Shown here: positions 1 to 12,400 of the stretch, one piece after another
How positions within the stretch are numbered: position 1 is the stretch's first letter
How the letters are laid out: the number at the start of each line of letters is the position of its first letter
Assembly (NCBI GenBank): GCA_965644295.1
Contig: CBFFRP010000164.1
Coordinates: 119,742-183,741, forward strand
Direction of reading: 5' to 3'
Length of the DNA stretch: 64,000 nucleotides
Origin: Paraphysomonas bandaiensis
Taxonomy: Eukaryota > Protista > Chrysophyceae
The notes under the pieces: generated by a model
The model's input: the letters and a program-made list of their open reading frames with translations, nothing else
What the model was told of the DNA's origin: nothing
The model's database searches: none
Made by a program: the position numbers and the translations under genes

Positions 1-3000
1 GACTCTTCCCGACTTGGAGATTTCACATCGTAATCACTACGGAACTCTGTGAAATTTTCAACTGGAGTGGACTGGCCGATACACCCGAAAAAAAGGGACC
101 CGCTAGACTCCTGGCGAACCGGCGATGACTCAGTATATGTGGTCTCACGGGCCACTGAACTAAACCAACTCACAAGCTCGTGGTCACCATTCTTGGACGC
201 GATAGATAGTCCTGTGTAGCCGTACTCGTCCCTGGCGTTGGGATTGGCGCCAACACCAAACAGATATTTGCACATTTCAATGCGACCCTTGAAAGCAGCA
301 TAATGAAGAGGTGTGCGCTTGACATCAGACTCCGCATTCACCCTAGCACCACCCATCACAAGAAATTGAGCTAGTTCTATGTGACCCGATGCGGCGACAT
401 AGTGAAGCGGGGTAGTGCCATAAGGAAGTTGGACGGAGTCTGAGTAACTGTTTATCATCCTCTCCAAAATTCGTTTGGCGTCGGAAAAATTATTCGAGCT
501 TAGAGCTTCCTCCAGGCATTCAACATTGACACCAAGCTCATTTCCAGTACTGCCAAACTTGCTAAGATAGTGCTCAACAGCAGGTTTTCCAGCAGCTCGG
601 GAAAAATCACTTGGAGATGCACCTTTCTCATTCAAAGCACAGGGATCAAGGTGCAAGTCTTCCACCAACCACTGCACGAGGTCAACATTACCATTTTGGG
701 CTGCCAAGTGCACAGGGGTGTTAAGCTTATCGTAACTGCCCCCAGTAACGTGATAATTGGCCCCTGCACTTACTAGCCACTGTGCTACTTCCAAATGCCC
801 ACCACAACAAGCATACATAAATGCTGTCTTCCCATTTTTATCAGCATGATTAACTGAAGATCCTTTCGAGAACAAATACTGGACGACACTTAAGTGTCCC
901 TCTGCACATGCCAAATGAAAGCCTGTGACGCCATTCTTATCACATGCATTTATATCAGCACCTGCAACCACAAGAGCCATTAACGTCTCCATTTGCCCGG
1001 CATGTGCTGCTTCCATGAGGGCAGTGGTATCATACTGCCCCTTTACTTCCTTGTCAACCTCATCGCGCATGAGCCACATCACTATATTTACGTGACCATT
1101 AACTGCAGCGAGGTGGAGAGGAGGTGTAGCAAGATCTCCAGACTCAGAGAAATGGAGAGAGAAGTCGATACACTTCAAACTGTGGAGCCAAGTACAGATG
1201 TCAATATGTCCAGCAATACAGGCGCAATCTAGTGGGGCAACCCCAGCCGCATTTAGATGATTCGGATTCGCACCCCGCTCATACAACGCTTTCGCGACAT
1301 CAACATTGCCATTCATACAGACGAAGTGCATAGCAGTGGACTTGTTTTCGTTTTCGACATTGGGATCAACACCTAGCTCATCCACATAATGGATTACATC
1401 TTCCACTGTATTACATGACTTCAGAAACTCGGCTGCAAGCTCGGGTGCCACTGGGACACCTCGCGGACGATAGGCTCGGTCAGGTAGGGTGTTGTCACCT
1501 GGTAGAGACTTTTCAGGCGAATCACTAGTTAAAGATGTGCTCTCCTTCACTTCATCACTACCAGCATTCTCCTCTGATTCCGAAGGCAAAGTTTCTTGCT
1601 CTACGATATCCTTGGAGACTGGTTCTGTATTTAACTCTTGCGGAATAAATTTCGGGGGACCCCTTACAAAAGGTACATTTGAGGTATGAACAGCAAATGA
1701 CATGTCGAATCCATTCTTAAAGGTACTACTGTAAAGTTTCCAAAATTTTTCAGCACAAGAAACAGCAGGGCTTAGTTCATCAAGCTCTTTATCGACAAGA
1801 ATTAGGCGTGTAATAGACTTCGGCTGTTCAAGGGCAAAGGCTTCTAGTATGGCCTCACATATATCGTCCCAAGATGAGTTCAACAATACATGCACTGTGG
1901 CACGTGTCTTAGAGCTATTGGCCAGTAGAAGAGGGATGTGTTCCGCGGCGGCCATGAAGGCGGCGTGGGCTTGATCTTTTCTTGTCTTTTCAATGGCATC
2001 TGCACTAAGAAACACATGGTATATTTTCGGGTCATCAAAGTTATATGTTCCTGCTACTTTCCAGAACAAAGTTGTGTTATCGATAGGCTTCGACAAAACA
2101 TCGCCCTCACAATCATAAAGTACAATATAATCCACCCATTTCGGATCATCCAATGAAAATGTAGTGGTGATTGTGTCCACGATATCGTGCCACAGGCAGT
2201 TTGGAGCAACCATTAAATCACCTTCCGTAGAGACCCCTGTTTCAGGGTTCCGCACGCACACCTTGAATTGTCGAGCGGATTTTCGAAACTCCTCTTCAGC
2301 TTTTGCTTTACTTGCAGCATTTATTTTTTCCTCGTTCAGCTTGACCACAAACACCATCGATTCCTCAATGCGATACATCGGGAGTACACCCCAAAATTTA
2401 TCCGCAGTGTCGAGGGCAGGACTCAGTTGGTCACCGTCCACATCATACAACACAATGTGATCGATCCACTCAGGCTCAACCTCTCTCTTACTGAGTGATT
2501 CGGCGATAGATTGTGCTATATGCTCCCAAGATCCACCCGAGTGAATAAGTGTTTCGTCGGGCTTGTCCTCTACAGAAAGGGATACATGAATCAGCGACAT
2601 GGACTGCTTCAATGCCATTTCCGCTCTCTTCTTAACGACAATAGTACGGTAGGAGTGATTCACATGGACTTCAAACAATGAACCATTAGATATATCAAGG
2701 TTAGTGGCAAATTTCCAAAACATTTTTGATGTGCTGATGGGAACACTTAAGTCAAGACCATTTGAGTCCACGAGCTTTAAGTGGTCCACAAACTCTTCTT
2801 CTATACTTCCAGCAGATGAGATGGCCGCTAGAATCTCTGACCATCCGCAGTGAAGACTAACACTGATTTCAAAAGGATCGCATGCCGTGTCTGTATTATC
2901 ACAAATTCTACAGTGGAAGGTACGTTTCGATGCGAGCTCAGCTGCTAACCTCTCCTCCTCTCGCGCTTTCTCCACTTGTTGCTGTTTTACTCTCTCCGCT

Positions 3001-5060
3001 ATTACGCGTGCCATCATGGCTTCGTCTTCATGCACAACAAAAGACGATGTGCCACCATGTTTCTTGTAAAATCGCCAGAACTTCTCTGCTGTCATAATGG
3101 CGGGGCTGAGCACATCACCGTCCTCACTATCCACAAGAACCATATGAGACACCCATTCTGCAGAGTCCAGCACGAGGGCATCGGCAGTGCGCTGGCATAT
3201 ATCATCCCAAGAACTATCGGGTAGTACATGCACTAACCCTTTCCTACTGGGATCTGCGTTCCAGCGAACAGTGAAGGGGCATGCATTGGCCATGAAAGCC
3301 TCCTCTTCAACAATACGATTGGCGTCTGGCTTCAAGTGAATATATATCGTCATATCGTCGTCGTCGCTAAGCTTATTTCCCAGCTTCCAGAACTTGGCAG
3401 CAGTATTTAGTGGGGGACTTAAGGGATCCCCTTCGCCATCTAGGAGAATGAAGTAGTCAATCCACGATGCCTCAGACAGGCCCATGAAGGATGCAACACC
3501 GGAGGTGAGGTCCTCCCAGTTGCAGTCATGAGGAACATATATATCGGTAGCTTGGCCATTTCGGTTGGTCGCCATACATACCTTGAAATGCTTCGCTGAC
3601 GCGCGAAAAGCAGCATCTGCAAGCTCTTCTTCGTATTTCCTTATCAGCCGTTGCTCCAAGAACACGTAGAAAGTCATTCCTGCTTCGGGGTCATATGTGT
3701 TCATGACCTTCCAAAATATGAGATCCCCATCAATAGGGGGAGAGAGATCGTCTCCATCAGAGTCCACAAGCACCAAACGAGAGATCCATTCCTCACGCTT
3801 CACGCATTCAGGGACTGCCAATGCGATGTGATGTCTGATGTCTCCCCAGGAGGCACCCCGCGGGATCAATGCGAATTCCTTTGATGACGAATAGGGCATA
3901 TCCTCGGGCGCCTGCACCTGTACGCAAACCTTTTGGCATGTCGCCAAAAAGGCTTCTCTCTCCCTGCATTTCTTATCTTCCTGGATACGCTCATGGTCTA
4001 AAGAGAACACAAACACGTCCCCATTGTGAGTAGAAGCTGACCGACCAAATCGCCAGAACTTTTCAGCAGTGTTGAGTGGAGGACTTATCTCATCGCCATC
4101 AGCGTCCTCCACTATGATATGTTTAATCCACTGCGGTTCCACATTAACAAATTCTTCTGCAATTGCAGTACTTATTTCCTCCCACGTGCAGCTGCGGGGA
4201 ATATACACGTGCCGCTCCTCCCCATTGTCTGCGCTTCGTACAAAAAGTCGGAGAGCGAGAGCGCGGAATTCTTCTAAGGCCTTTGCCTTGGCATGCTTTT
4301 CTTCCTCCACTACATCTACCACTACGCTAAAAGCCATACCTTCCTCGTAGTTGGCCCATATCTTAAAGAACTTGCTAGCATTGGTAATATGAGGACTTAA
4401 TACATCGCCTGCTGAGTCAATAAGGACCAGGGTCTTCACAGATGTGTGTGCAAACAACTTTAAACGCTTCGCAATAGCCTCTGTGAGAACATCCCAACTG
4501 GCGTTGGCAGGAACCCACACATCCAGATGTTGGAAGGTGGTGTCATTAGACATAACAATAGAAAATATTAAGTGGCCGGGTGGAATATCAAAGCCGTTAC
4601 TCTTCTGGACATTATCAACAACTGCATCAACGTCACCGACGTCGCCATTGGAGGCCTGATTACCACAATAGACTGTGTCAGATAATGAGTGTATCGGCTC
4701 CTCAATATTAGAAGATGCATAATAACTATCCTCGCAGCCAACAGAGGGAACTAAATCATTGCTATCAATGGAAGCTGGAGTGGCCGGCTTGACCACATGC
4801 GATCCCTCTGGGGGTCGATTTGAAAGATTCAATTCTTTCTGTAATGTATCACTTAATTCATTTTCATCCTTTAAAGTGACTCTATCACGTGATTCTTTTT
4901 TTTCCATACTAACAGAAGGGCTCGTATTTTTATCAGGTCTCAGTGATGGTTTGAGTGGACTGCTTTCTCGTGGTTTCCATGTCTGTTTTGATTTAGCGCC
5001 GATTTCTAACCTCGCTTGTTCAACAGCTTTACGAATTGCTTCACTTTTATCTTGAGGCAT
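1..5060 (-). CDS. Large protein with nine tandem ~100-aa PB1/ubiquitin-like repeats followed by C-terminal ankyrin repeats (3' end runs off the window)
   Basis: Minus-strand frame open from ATG at 5060 (MPQDKSEAIRKAVEQARLEIGAK...) toward the window edge. It is absent from the ORF track, presumably because no stop falls inside the window. Ankyrin motifs lie in ~150-1400 (KSTAMHFVCMNG, GVTGFHLACAEGHL, TTPLHYVAASGH, KRTPLHYAAFKG). A repeated SW..I...I and D.DGD.LSP...FWK motif occupies ~1700-4550. Confidence 0.85.
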   Translation of the reverse strand, partial: MPQDKSEAIRKAVEQARLEIGAKSKQTWKPRESSPLKPSLRPDKNTSPSVSMEKKESRDRVTLKDENELSDTLQKELNLSNRPPEGSHVVKPATPASIDSNDLVPSVGCEDSYYASSNIEEPIHSLSDTVYCGNQASNGDVGDVDAVVDNVQKSNGFDIPPGHLIFSIVMSNDTTFQHLDVWVPANASWDVLTEAIAKRLKLFAHTSVKTLVLIDSAGDVLSPHITNASKFFKIWANYEEGMAFSVVVDVVEEEKHAKAKALEEFRALALRLFVRSADNGEERHVYIPRSCTWEEISTAIAEEFVNVEPQWIKHIIVEDADGDEISPPLNTAEKFWRFGRSASTHNGDVFVFSLDHERIQEDKKCREREAFLATCQKVCVQVQAPEDMPYSSSKEFALIPRGASWGDIRHHIALAVPECVKREEWISRLVLVDSDGDDLSPPIDGDLIFWKVMNTYDPEAGMTFYVFLEQRLIRKYEEELADAAFRASAKHFKVCMATNRNGQATDIYVPHDCNWEDLTSGVASFMGLSEASWIDYFILLDGEGDPLSPPLNTAAKFWKLGNKLSDDDDMTIYIHLKPDANRIVEEEAFMANACPFTVRWNADPSRKGLVHVLPDSSWDDICQRTADALVLDSAEWVSHMVLVDSEDGDVLSPAIMTAEKFWRFYKKHGGTSSFVVHEDEAMMARVIAERVKQQQVEKAREEERLAAELASKRTFHCRICDNTDTACDPFEISVSLHCGWSEILAAISSAGSIEEEFVDHLKLVDSNGLDLSVPISTSKMFWKFATNLDISNGSLFEVHVNHSYRTIVVKKRAEMALKQSMSLIHVSLSVEDKPDETLIHSGGSWEHIAQSIAESLSKREVEPEWIDHIVLYDVDGDQLSPALDTADKFWGVLPMYRIEESMVFVVKLNEEKINAASKAKAEEEFRKSARQFKVCVRNPETGVSTEGDLMVAPNCLWHDIVDTITTTFSLDDPKWVDYIVLYDCEGDVLSKPIDNTTLFWKVAGTYNFDDPKIYHVFLSADAIEKTRKDQAHAAFMAAAEHIPLLLANSSKTRATVHVLLNSSWDDICEAILEAFALEQPKSITRLILVDKELDELSPAVSCAEKFWKLYSSTFKNGFDMSFAVHTSNVPFVRGPPKFIPQELNTEPVSKDIVEQETLPSESEENAGSDEVKESTSLTSDSPEKSLPGDNTLPDRAYRPRGVPVAPELAAEFLKSCNTVEDVIHYVDELGVDPNVENENKSTAMHFVCMNGNVDVAKALYERGANPNHLNAAGVAPLDCACIAGHIDICTWLHSLKCIDFSLHFSESGDLATPPLHLAAVNGHVNIVMWLMRDEVDKEVKGQYDTTALMEAAHAGQMETLMALVVAGADINACDKNGVTGFHLACAEGHLSVVQYLFSKGSSVNHADKNGKTAFMYACCGGHLEVAQWLVSAGANYHVTGGSYDKLNTPVHLAAQNGNVDLVQWLVEDLHLDPCALNEKGASPSDFSRAAGKPAVEHYLSKFGSTGNELGVNVECLEEALSSNNFSDAKRILERMINSYSDSVQLPYGTTPLHYVAASGHIELAQFLVMGGARVNAESDVKRTPLHYAAFKGRIEMCKYLFGVGANPNARDEYGYTGLSIASKNGDHELVSWFSSVARETTYTESSPVRQESSGSLFFGCIGQSTPVENFTEFRSDYDVKSPSREE

Positions 5061-5273
5061 GATGATCCCTAGTATCTTCTATGGGATAAAGTGCTTTACA
5101 TATACCTTCAGCTGATTGAGGATGAAGTGAGTATTATCTTTTCTTTAGAGTTGCATATTTACCACGAGATTTGCATTCAGGTACGAAGTACCCAGCCACA
5201 AAAAAATTGAAATTTAGATTGAAATTTTCACTCTTTTTTTACAATCCACATCGTCTGTTGACGATGACGTTAG

Positions 5274-5396
5274 TAGGGTAAAAAAGTAGGGGGTTTTCTA
5301 CATTTTCTACCCACTTTTTACCATAGTGTAGACAGTATATTGCCAAAAACAGCAGCCATTTCCTACATTTTTTTACTCATTTTATTTTTTACCCTA
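5274..5396. mobile_element. Putative MITE with 12-bp terminal inverted repeats
   Basis: TAGGGTAAAAAA at 5274 and TTTTTTACCCTA ending at 5396, with internal CTACATTTT repeats. No target-site duplication is visible. Confidence 0.4.
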
Positions 5397-5665
5397 GCCA
5401 AAAAAGAAAAGGGGGATACAACTGGCACATAAAAAGACTGATGGAGAGTACGAGGAGTACAGCGATTTTTTATGGTATGTCATGTGTGATTACGGGGAGT
5501 GTTGTGGTTTGCTTGATATTTGGTGCAAAGAGTTATAAGCAATAACTAAATAAGCAATAAAGTCATTTAGAAGTGGTAAGCTTTGCTCTTCTATTTGCCC
5601 TAATTAGTCATTTCAAATCGAACTACTCAGTAAAACAGAACCTGTTTATTTTGTTAAGAGACAGT

Positions 5666-6024
5666 ATGGCATCTTATAGTGATTTGGATGGAGTCTTGCC
5701 TCCTGAGAAGCCCAAAATGAAAGTTTCGTGGGAAACGATGAAGGAAAATCACGTTCCTCTCCACCTCCGCGACTTTTGCGCCCATGATTTGATCCCATTA
5801 AATGAGTATGCAATTCTTACAGGTTGTTTTATGTCTAATTCTCCTGATATAGATGTCGACGGAAAGAAGGACCATGGCCCTGGACTTGCCATCACGAGAA
5901 ACATGCATATGAAGTGTGCCAGTACGAACAATACATGTACAGGAAAGCACTCAAAGAATATCTTGTAAAATCTGGACAGTGGAACAAAGGTCGTTTTCCT
6001 GATCCGGCGCCTGTATCAAAGTAG
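5666..6024 (+). CDS. NDUFB7: NADH:ubiquinone oxidoreductase B18 subunit, 2 exons
   Basis: MASYSD...VPLHLRDFCAHDLIPLNE joined through a GT-AG intron (5806-5852) to CRRKEGPWPWTCHHEKHAYEVCQYEQYMYR. This gives the twin CX9C-type B18 signature. Stop TAG at 6022-6024. Confidence 0.92.
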
Positions 6025-7029
6025 TTTGCCCACGGCAGTATTGGCTTGCTCATATTTATTGTTTTCCTGTCGTTCTCGATAACTGTGTCCTCATTGTAGC
6101 TAATGACAATAAAAAATCGTATTATTAATCTAATTTGGATGCCATATAAATTTGGTTGTGGGTCTCTTCCGTTTTGGAAGAGAGAACGTTAGTGTACACC
6201 AGACGAATCCACTCTCCTAAGTATCATACTGCTACTTAACTTAATCTGCTGATATGTATTTCTGGGCTTGTGTCTTGTTGTACAATAATCAGTTATCCCC
6301 GTTTTGTCTCAAGAAAAGCTTCTTTTTTGACCTGATTTTGTCTCAACAGGGGCTCATAGCTAGCACTGGGCAAATATAGACATTCAACTTCAATATTCGG
6401 CTCAACAGAAGCTCACTTCTATCCTAAGTATGATAATGACAGTCATATGTATGTGATTTCATTATAGTCCACACAATTATACAGAAACCACAATCATGAG
6501 TTAAACCATTAGACACTCCAAGTTATATTCCATCCTTCGACTGTTGTATAAGGTATAAGATATAAGATCACAACGATGCCAGCAGTGCAAGTGATCTGTC
6601 TTCATATCCAGGACTTCGAAGCAACTTCAAGAACATTACAGGAGAGTTTAAGTACCGTATATGATGCTATATAGGTGGTTAGGATCAGTGGCACCCAGTT
6701 CTTTCAGGTTTGAGCCATATCGTGCTTCTCATGATATTCTTGTGTACCTCATATCATACACATATCATTCGATCAGGTGCACTTGCAGAGGTGAAGCCTG
6801 CTGTATATAAATGTGATGATGATGCTAATCAAGGGAATAAGAAGCCTCTCTTTTACCTTTAACTGTTCTGTTCACATTCATCATCACACTTACAGTATAC
6901 ATATCATTGATTTGAAACTATATGACCGTTAAGGGCTATCTCCTTGCGGCTCATAAGGATGACGATAGCAGTGGCGATGATGAAACGGGGGAAACAGGAG
7001 GATTTGCTGTGGATATATAGAGAGAAGCT

Positions 7030-7532
7030 GTGGCAAAAAAGGCAAAGAACAGCAGGAGAGCCACTAAATATCGCTCCATGAATCATTTGGTGACGACTTC
7101 CAATATTGTTGAGCGATTATTTAGCAGAGCAAAACTTATTATGAGAGACCAGCGCAAGCTAATGGAAACCCAACATTTGGAGCTGCTACTCTTTTTGCGC
7201 TGCAACAAATTCTTATGGAACGAAGTTACCATTGATGATATTATAGTTGCTGATGATGTTTAAGAATATTGTTCGCATTAGCTATCTGACCTGACTGTAA
7301 CATGGGAACGAACTGCTCATCATTGCTGTTAAATAGCTAGTACTTAGTCTAATTATTAACACTTTCCATTTACTTCTTTCTAAAGCAATAAAGCAATAGT
7401 AATCAAACCATAAATGGTCCATTAATGGCCATTAATGGTCATAAAAATGGTGGGATTTTTAAAATTAATGGCCATAAAAATGGGGGAAGCAATGCGTCGC
7501 CATTAATGGCCTTTAATGGTTACGCAAGCCTG
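7030..7532 (+). mobile_element. hAT-like DNA transposon 3' remnant (C-terminal dimerisation domain plus right end)
   Basis: TSNIVERLFSRAKLIMRDQRKLMETQHLELLLFLRCNKFLW matches the hATC-type motif. It is followed by CCATTAATGG subterminal repeats and an end (GGTTACGCAAGCCTG) resembling the TIR of the MITE at 16712. Confidence 0.75.
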
Positions 7533-9456
7533 GCTTTGATGAATAAACAGCATTCTTAGGACTGAATAGTAGGATATCAGAGTTAATTGCAGACTTGGAA
7601 ACGTCTATTGCTAATAAAATAAGACATTCACTTTGATAACCTTGACACTATAGGGTATACCAGTACAGAAAGAGCTATGGAGATATCTAGATTAAAGGCA
7701 TTTTAATGTTTATGAAAGACTGAATCACAGTATTGGCAATAACGCAGTGAAATCTATTTTTCACAGCTGCCAACCCAACATTCGTTAATACGGACTGGGG
7801 TGGGTGTAGCAGGTGCAGGAGTTTATCATCAATCAGCACATCACGAAACTAGTGACCCTTGTCGTGACATATGACCGAATAAGGTAGAAAACAATTGTGA
7901 TAACTGCGGCCAATTCCAGGAAGCTTGGTCACCATGTTATTTGGAAAACTCTAACTTCTCTTCATGCCTTCTCAGCTAATGTGCCATCTTTGGCAGTATA
8001 TATCATTAGTTGGCTTGTAGCAAAGGAACAAATATCAATTGTGTTGTATTTAGACTGAATAATCGTTAGAAACCCAACCTCTGCTTTGATCGACACAACC
8101 GTAACTGATTCTAAAATAGGTCTCAAGTAGTGTTCATGGCTCCCCATCCATGGATATATTCCAATTACCACCCTTGTACTACCAAACATCACCAGTATTC
8201 TTGTCATTGGCCATATCCACGGGTATACAGACACCTATATGGCCAGTTTCTCCCTCCCATGCAACTACCTCATCTTCTTTGATCGTGTTTAGTTGAACCA
8301 TTACTTCACAATGAGAACTGCGCTCTTTTCAATACTTAGCATCGGTATATCGTCCAACATAAAGGTTACTGTCGATGATGATAAAATACCGAGCGCGATA
8401 CTGAATCGAAAATTCAAGTCATGCAAGCGAAGACGCACGAACCTCTCAAGTTTAACTGGTGTTCTTTTCAATGCCTCCATATTTCATCAAAAGGGAGGCG
8501 GCAAGAAGCGTATATTTGTCAAAAGATATGTCATACGTGGTACACAGTTAACACTGCACCCAAAGGTCCATCATCAGAGACATAGAGGACACCCTGGTCA
8601 ACTAGGTTGTTTACGACATAACTAGATTTATGTTGCCCTATTCCGCCAATACATCTTCTACTTTATTCTTATAAGGTGGAAGGGTATGCATACACAGTCC
8701 GTGGGTTCGCCTTCCACACAGAAATAGCAGCAGCCATTAGATTCGCGACGTAGTAATGAACAAAGCGTCCAATTCCACCAGTGGATATTCGCATCGCACA
8801 GATCTCAGAGTGTGCACATTCCTGGAGTGGGTGTGCAGGAGCATAATACCGCTGAGATAGGGAGGAATAGAGGATCGTGACCGCCTGGAACGAAATTGAA
8901 GTCGAATAGGACCCGCTGTAGAAAAGAGAAGACATTATGCAGCTCTTCTAATGATTGCTATATATATATAAGTACAATTAAGTAGTTTGGCTATCGTATT
9001 ACGGATCAACGGGGCAGCATGATATTGAAGTGTCGGACTGAATGTGTATTTTTGGGTAAATGAGCCTAAAATCCTAAAAACACACAGTTTTCCTATAAAA
9101 GGGGGAGTTTTCATGTCACAATATTATGGGTAGGAATCGTATGTTTATTGGTTTTGGACCGTACTTCAACACAATCGAAGACCAAATATTCTACCAACAC
9201 TCAAAACTACAGAACTGTTATGAGTTTTTACGTAATTTCCCATATTGAAAAAATAACATTGTAAACTAACTACAGTATAGAGTTTTCAAGAGAATCAGGT
9301 AGCTATTATGGAATAGTGGACATAATAAGTATGTTGACACGCTTCATTAGTCAGCGCGTCTCATAGTATTAAGACAGCATGCGATGCATTGCTTATCTTT
9401 CGATGCAGTAAGCTAATATTAGTGATACACTGTATTGTCAGTGGTAGTGAGTAGTT

Positions 9457-12400
9457 ATGCCACAGGAAAAGAAAGTCCCTTGTGAGGAATCACCCTCTAT
9501 AAGTACGAGTATTGAAGAGCTATTTTCAGATAAAGGAGTGTTCGGGTCGGTTGAGTTTCCTCCTGTTAACTCGACAAAGGAATTAAACTGGGTTACAGTT
9601 GGTGCTCTTCAAGCGATTGCTTGTATTGGAATAATTGTCTTTCAATATGTTCAAGGATCATATCACATTGTCAACTCAGTTGTGATATGTATTGCGCTTG
9701 TATTGGTTCCAGGTATTGAACTTCTTGCAAACTTTACTGAGCCCTCGAATTTAAAATCGACTATCACGGCGTTTGTGTTGGTGATGTTTGTCGACTTTGT
9801 AGTCGCATACATGTCGTGGACATCTACCTTCTCGACACTCTATATATCCTTATTCATTGTATTTAGACTTTTTATTAACGGGCTTGCGGCAACTAATTTC
9901 CTTGTCATTATTCTCTATCTTAATTGGTCCTGTAATAGAGGGTCGCTGTCACATGTCGATGTAGTTTTGGTGTGTTCGATGTTTGCCGTCGCGTTTGTAT
10001 TAAGTCAATTTCTCCGTCGGTCTCGAAAACGGTATGTGTACAAATTGTTTTTTTTTTTCATTTTCATTATACTGTGGGCAGGTTCAAGGAAAATATTCGA
10101 TACTTGCTTCGCTTGAGGAGAAAGATTGTTTTGGAGAAACACTTCACAAATATACTTGTATCAAGCTCTCTAGGCTGGAGACACTGCTCAGATGGTGCCA
10201 GCTTTGATGACACCCCCGCGAGTCGAATTGAGACCCTTTTCGGGGGACAAACTACGGAAGGGGGTTTTGGAGTCTCGGTTGGTGCAGATACAGAAAGAAA
10301 GTCATCAGAAGGACCTCGACGACGCACGAATCGCCTCGTCGACTCGTGTTTATCGAAAGAGATTCTCTCCTCTCGAGGCAAACCGATGGGAACTGTTCAG
10401 ACTATGATGCACTTCAGGAACGTATGTAGAAAGGTGTGCACTCTCATTGCCATCCGGCCGCTGCTAGCGGGATTTGGTGAGTGCCAGGTGGAGGACTCTT
10501 TGCAGAGTAAGCGTATATGGAGGCTTCTGCATCGGATTGCTGAGCACCATAAAGTCACACTCGTTCGCAAGTTTGGTGACGTATGGGTGGGATGTATTGG
10601 TTTTTTTGAGGAGTGTTGGGACTCAAAGGAAGTAAACGCTATCCACGCTGTGCAAATGGCCTGTGACGTTCTAAACTCTTCTGAACAGCTAGACATTGCA
10701 TTCACATGTGCTATAGATCATGGTAGAGTTGTTGGTGGTTTTGTCAACGGGATATTTACTTTCGATGTGTTTGGTCCGGAGATTCTGTGGGTGCTGTCTG
10801 TGTGTGAGGCTTGCAGCAAGCGTAAAATAATCGTCAGTCGTAGCACTAGGTCTCTTATTAACAAGAATTCTCTCGAGAAGTCGTTCTCGTATGAGCCTTG
10901 CGCAGTGCTTCTTCCCGATGGACGGGACCCAGAGAGAGCATGGGCGGTGGTGAAAGTAGCGAATGAGGCAAAATGTTCGATTGCGTGTAACTCATCGTCA
11001 TATTCTTCGTCTCCTCGAGAGGGTGAGGATAGCAATGTGCTTCCATGGTTTATGATTGAGCACGTATTCGATAGTGACCTGGCATACAACGGGGGCAACC
11101 TTGGCACCTGGACTTCCGATGATACATCACCCGCCGCGCAAAGCTTGGCGATGGAGCTTCAGTATGTTCCGGCCTGTATTCGCTCCATTATTGCCGCAAT
11201 AACAGCTGCGAGCCCAAATGTGAATCTTGATCACGAGACAAGTGGGCGCCGAATCTCTGGGTCAGATTGTCTAGATCCAGCACGGACTGATGCACAGAAA
11301 GCGCAGGAGGAGGGTATAGTGAGGGCTCTTCATCACTTAATGCTTACAAGGGTGCTACCGGATACTTTGCTGCTTTTTTATTTACCAGATTACTTGATAT
11401 CTTCTAAATCAAAGTCGCCGGTTCGTTGTGATAAAAATGAAAGTCTCTCCAGTCTTCCAGGGAAAACTGCCGAAGAATCTGATATCGACTATGTGGTGAA
11501 TAACTCTTTCCCTCCCCCGCTTCATTATGAATACAACAGAGTAAAAGCCTTTATTCACTTTCTCCGAACTGATTTTGTTGTTATTGTAAGGCAGTATGTC
11601 TTGAATATAACAACTTTTTTGTACTCGAGACGCAAAGGACGGAAGTCGCTTGATTCCCGACGCGTGTATTGCTATGAAGAAGAGAACTCAGATGTTAATC
11701 GGGAAGGTGATTCCTTCGTCGATAACAGAGGCTTAAATCCAGAAAATGACTTGCCTCCTCAGGAAAGTACTTTCCCCACAACAGGTTATGGAAATAGTAT
11801 GGAAATGAATCCAATAAAGTCCTCGTGTTCAAGAGATGAACCCATAATTGATTCCTCGGATATATTTCGGCCGTCGCAGGACTGGGAAGAGTTTCACCGG
11901 TCCTGCCATTCCGCTCATTACCGATTTTTGGATGTGGTTATGTGCATTGCATTATCCGCAGTTAGTATATATGTCTGTGTAGATCATGACAATAGTCTCG
12001 ATTTCTCGAATGAGATAACTTTGTGCGCTCACTTGATAGCACCTGCGGCTACGATTTGGTCGACACTTGTTTTTGAGAAGCGTGAATACCCTGTGGCTAT
12101 ATATATCATGGTGAGTTGTTTCCATTTAAAAAATCATAATTCATTGGTATTGCTTGCAGATGACTCTGCTCCGAGTAGTGGCAATTAATTTCTTCCCGGT
12201 GTCAGGGAAAGACTCTGCCACGAAACTTCTCGTTTATTTCTTAGGATGGATATACTTTAGCTTTAATCAACGAGTGAAGTACTTTATGTTTGATGTTATC
12301 GTCATTGCTCTTCAACTTCAACATATGAGTGGAGTGCATGACACTGCAGTGCTAGGTGGTTCCGACGTAATCGGTATTTTGCTGGGGTTGTTCTTCTTTG

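Noticed and set aside
570-5055. Numerous short plus-strand ORFs
   Set aside because: They are antisense shadows of the long minus-strand repeat/ankyrin gene.
7960-8935. Coding-like stretch with small ORFs on both strands
   Set aside because: It has in-frame stops and no recognisable motif or consistent splice model. It may be a decayed pseudogene but cannot be supported.
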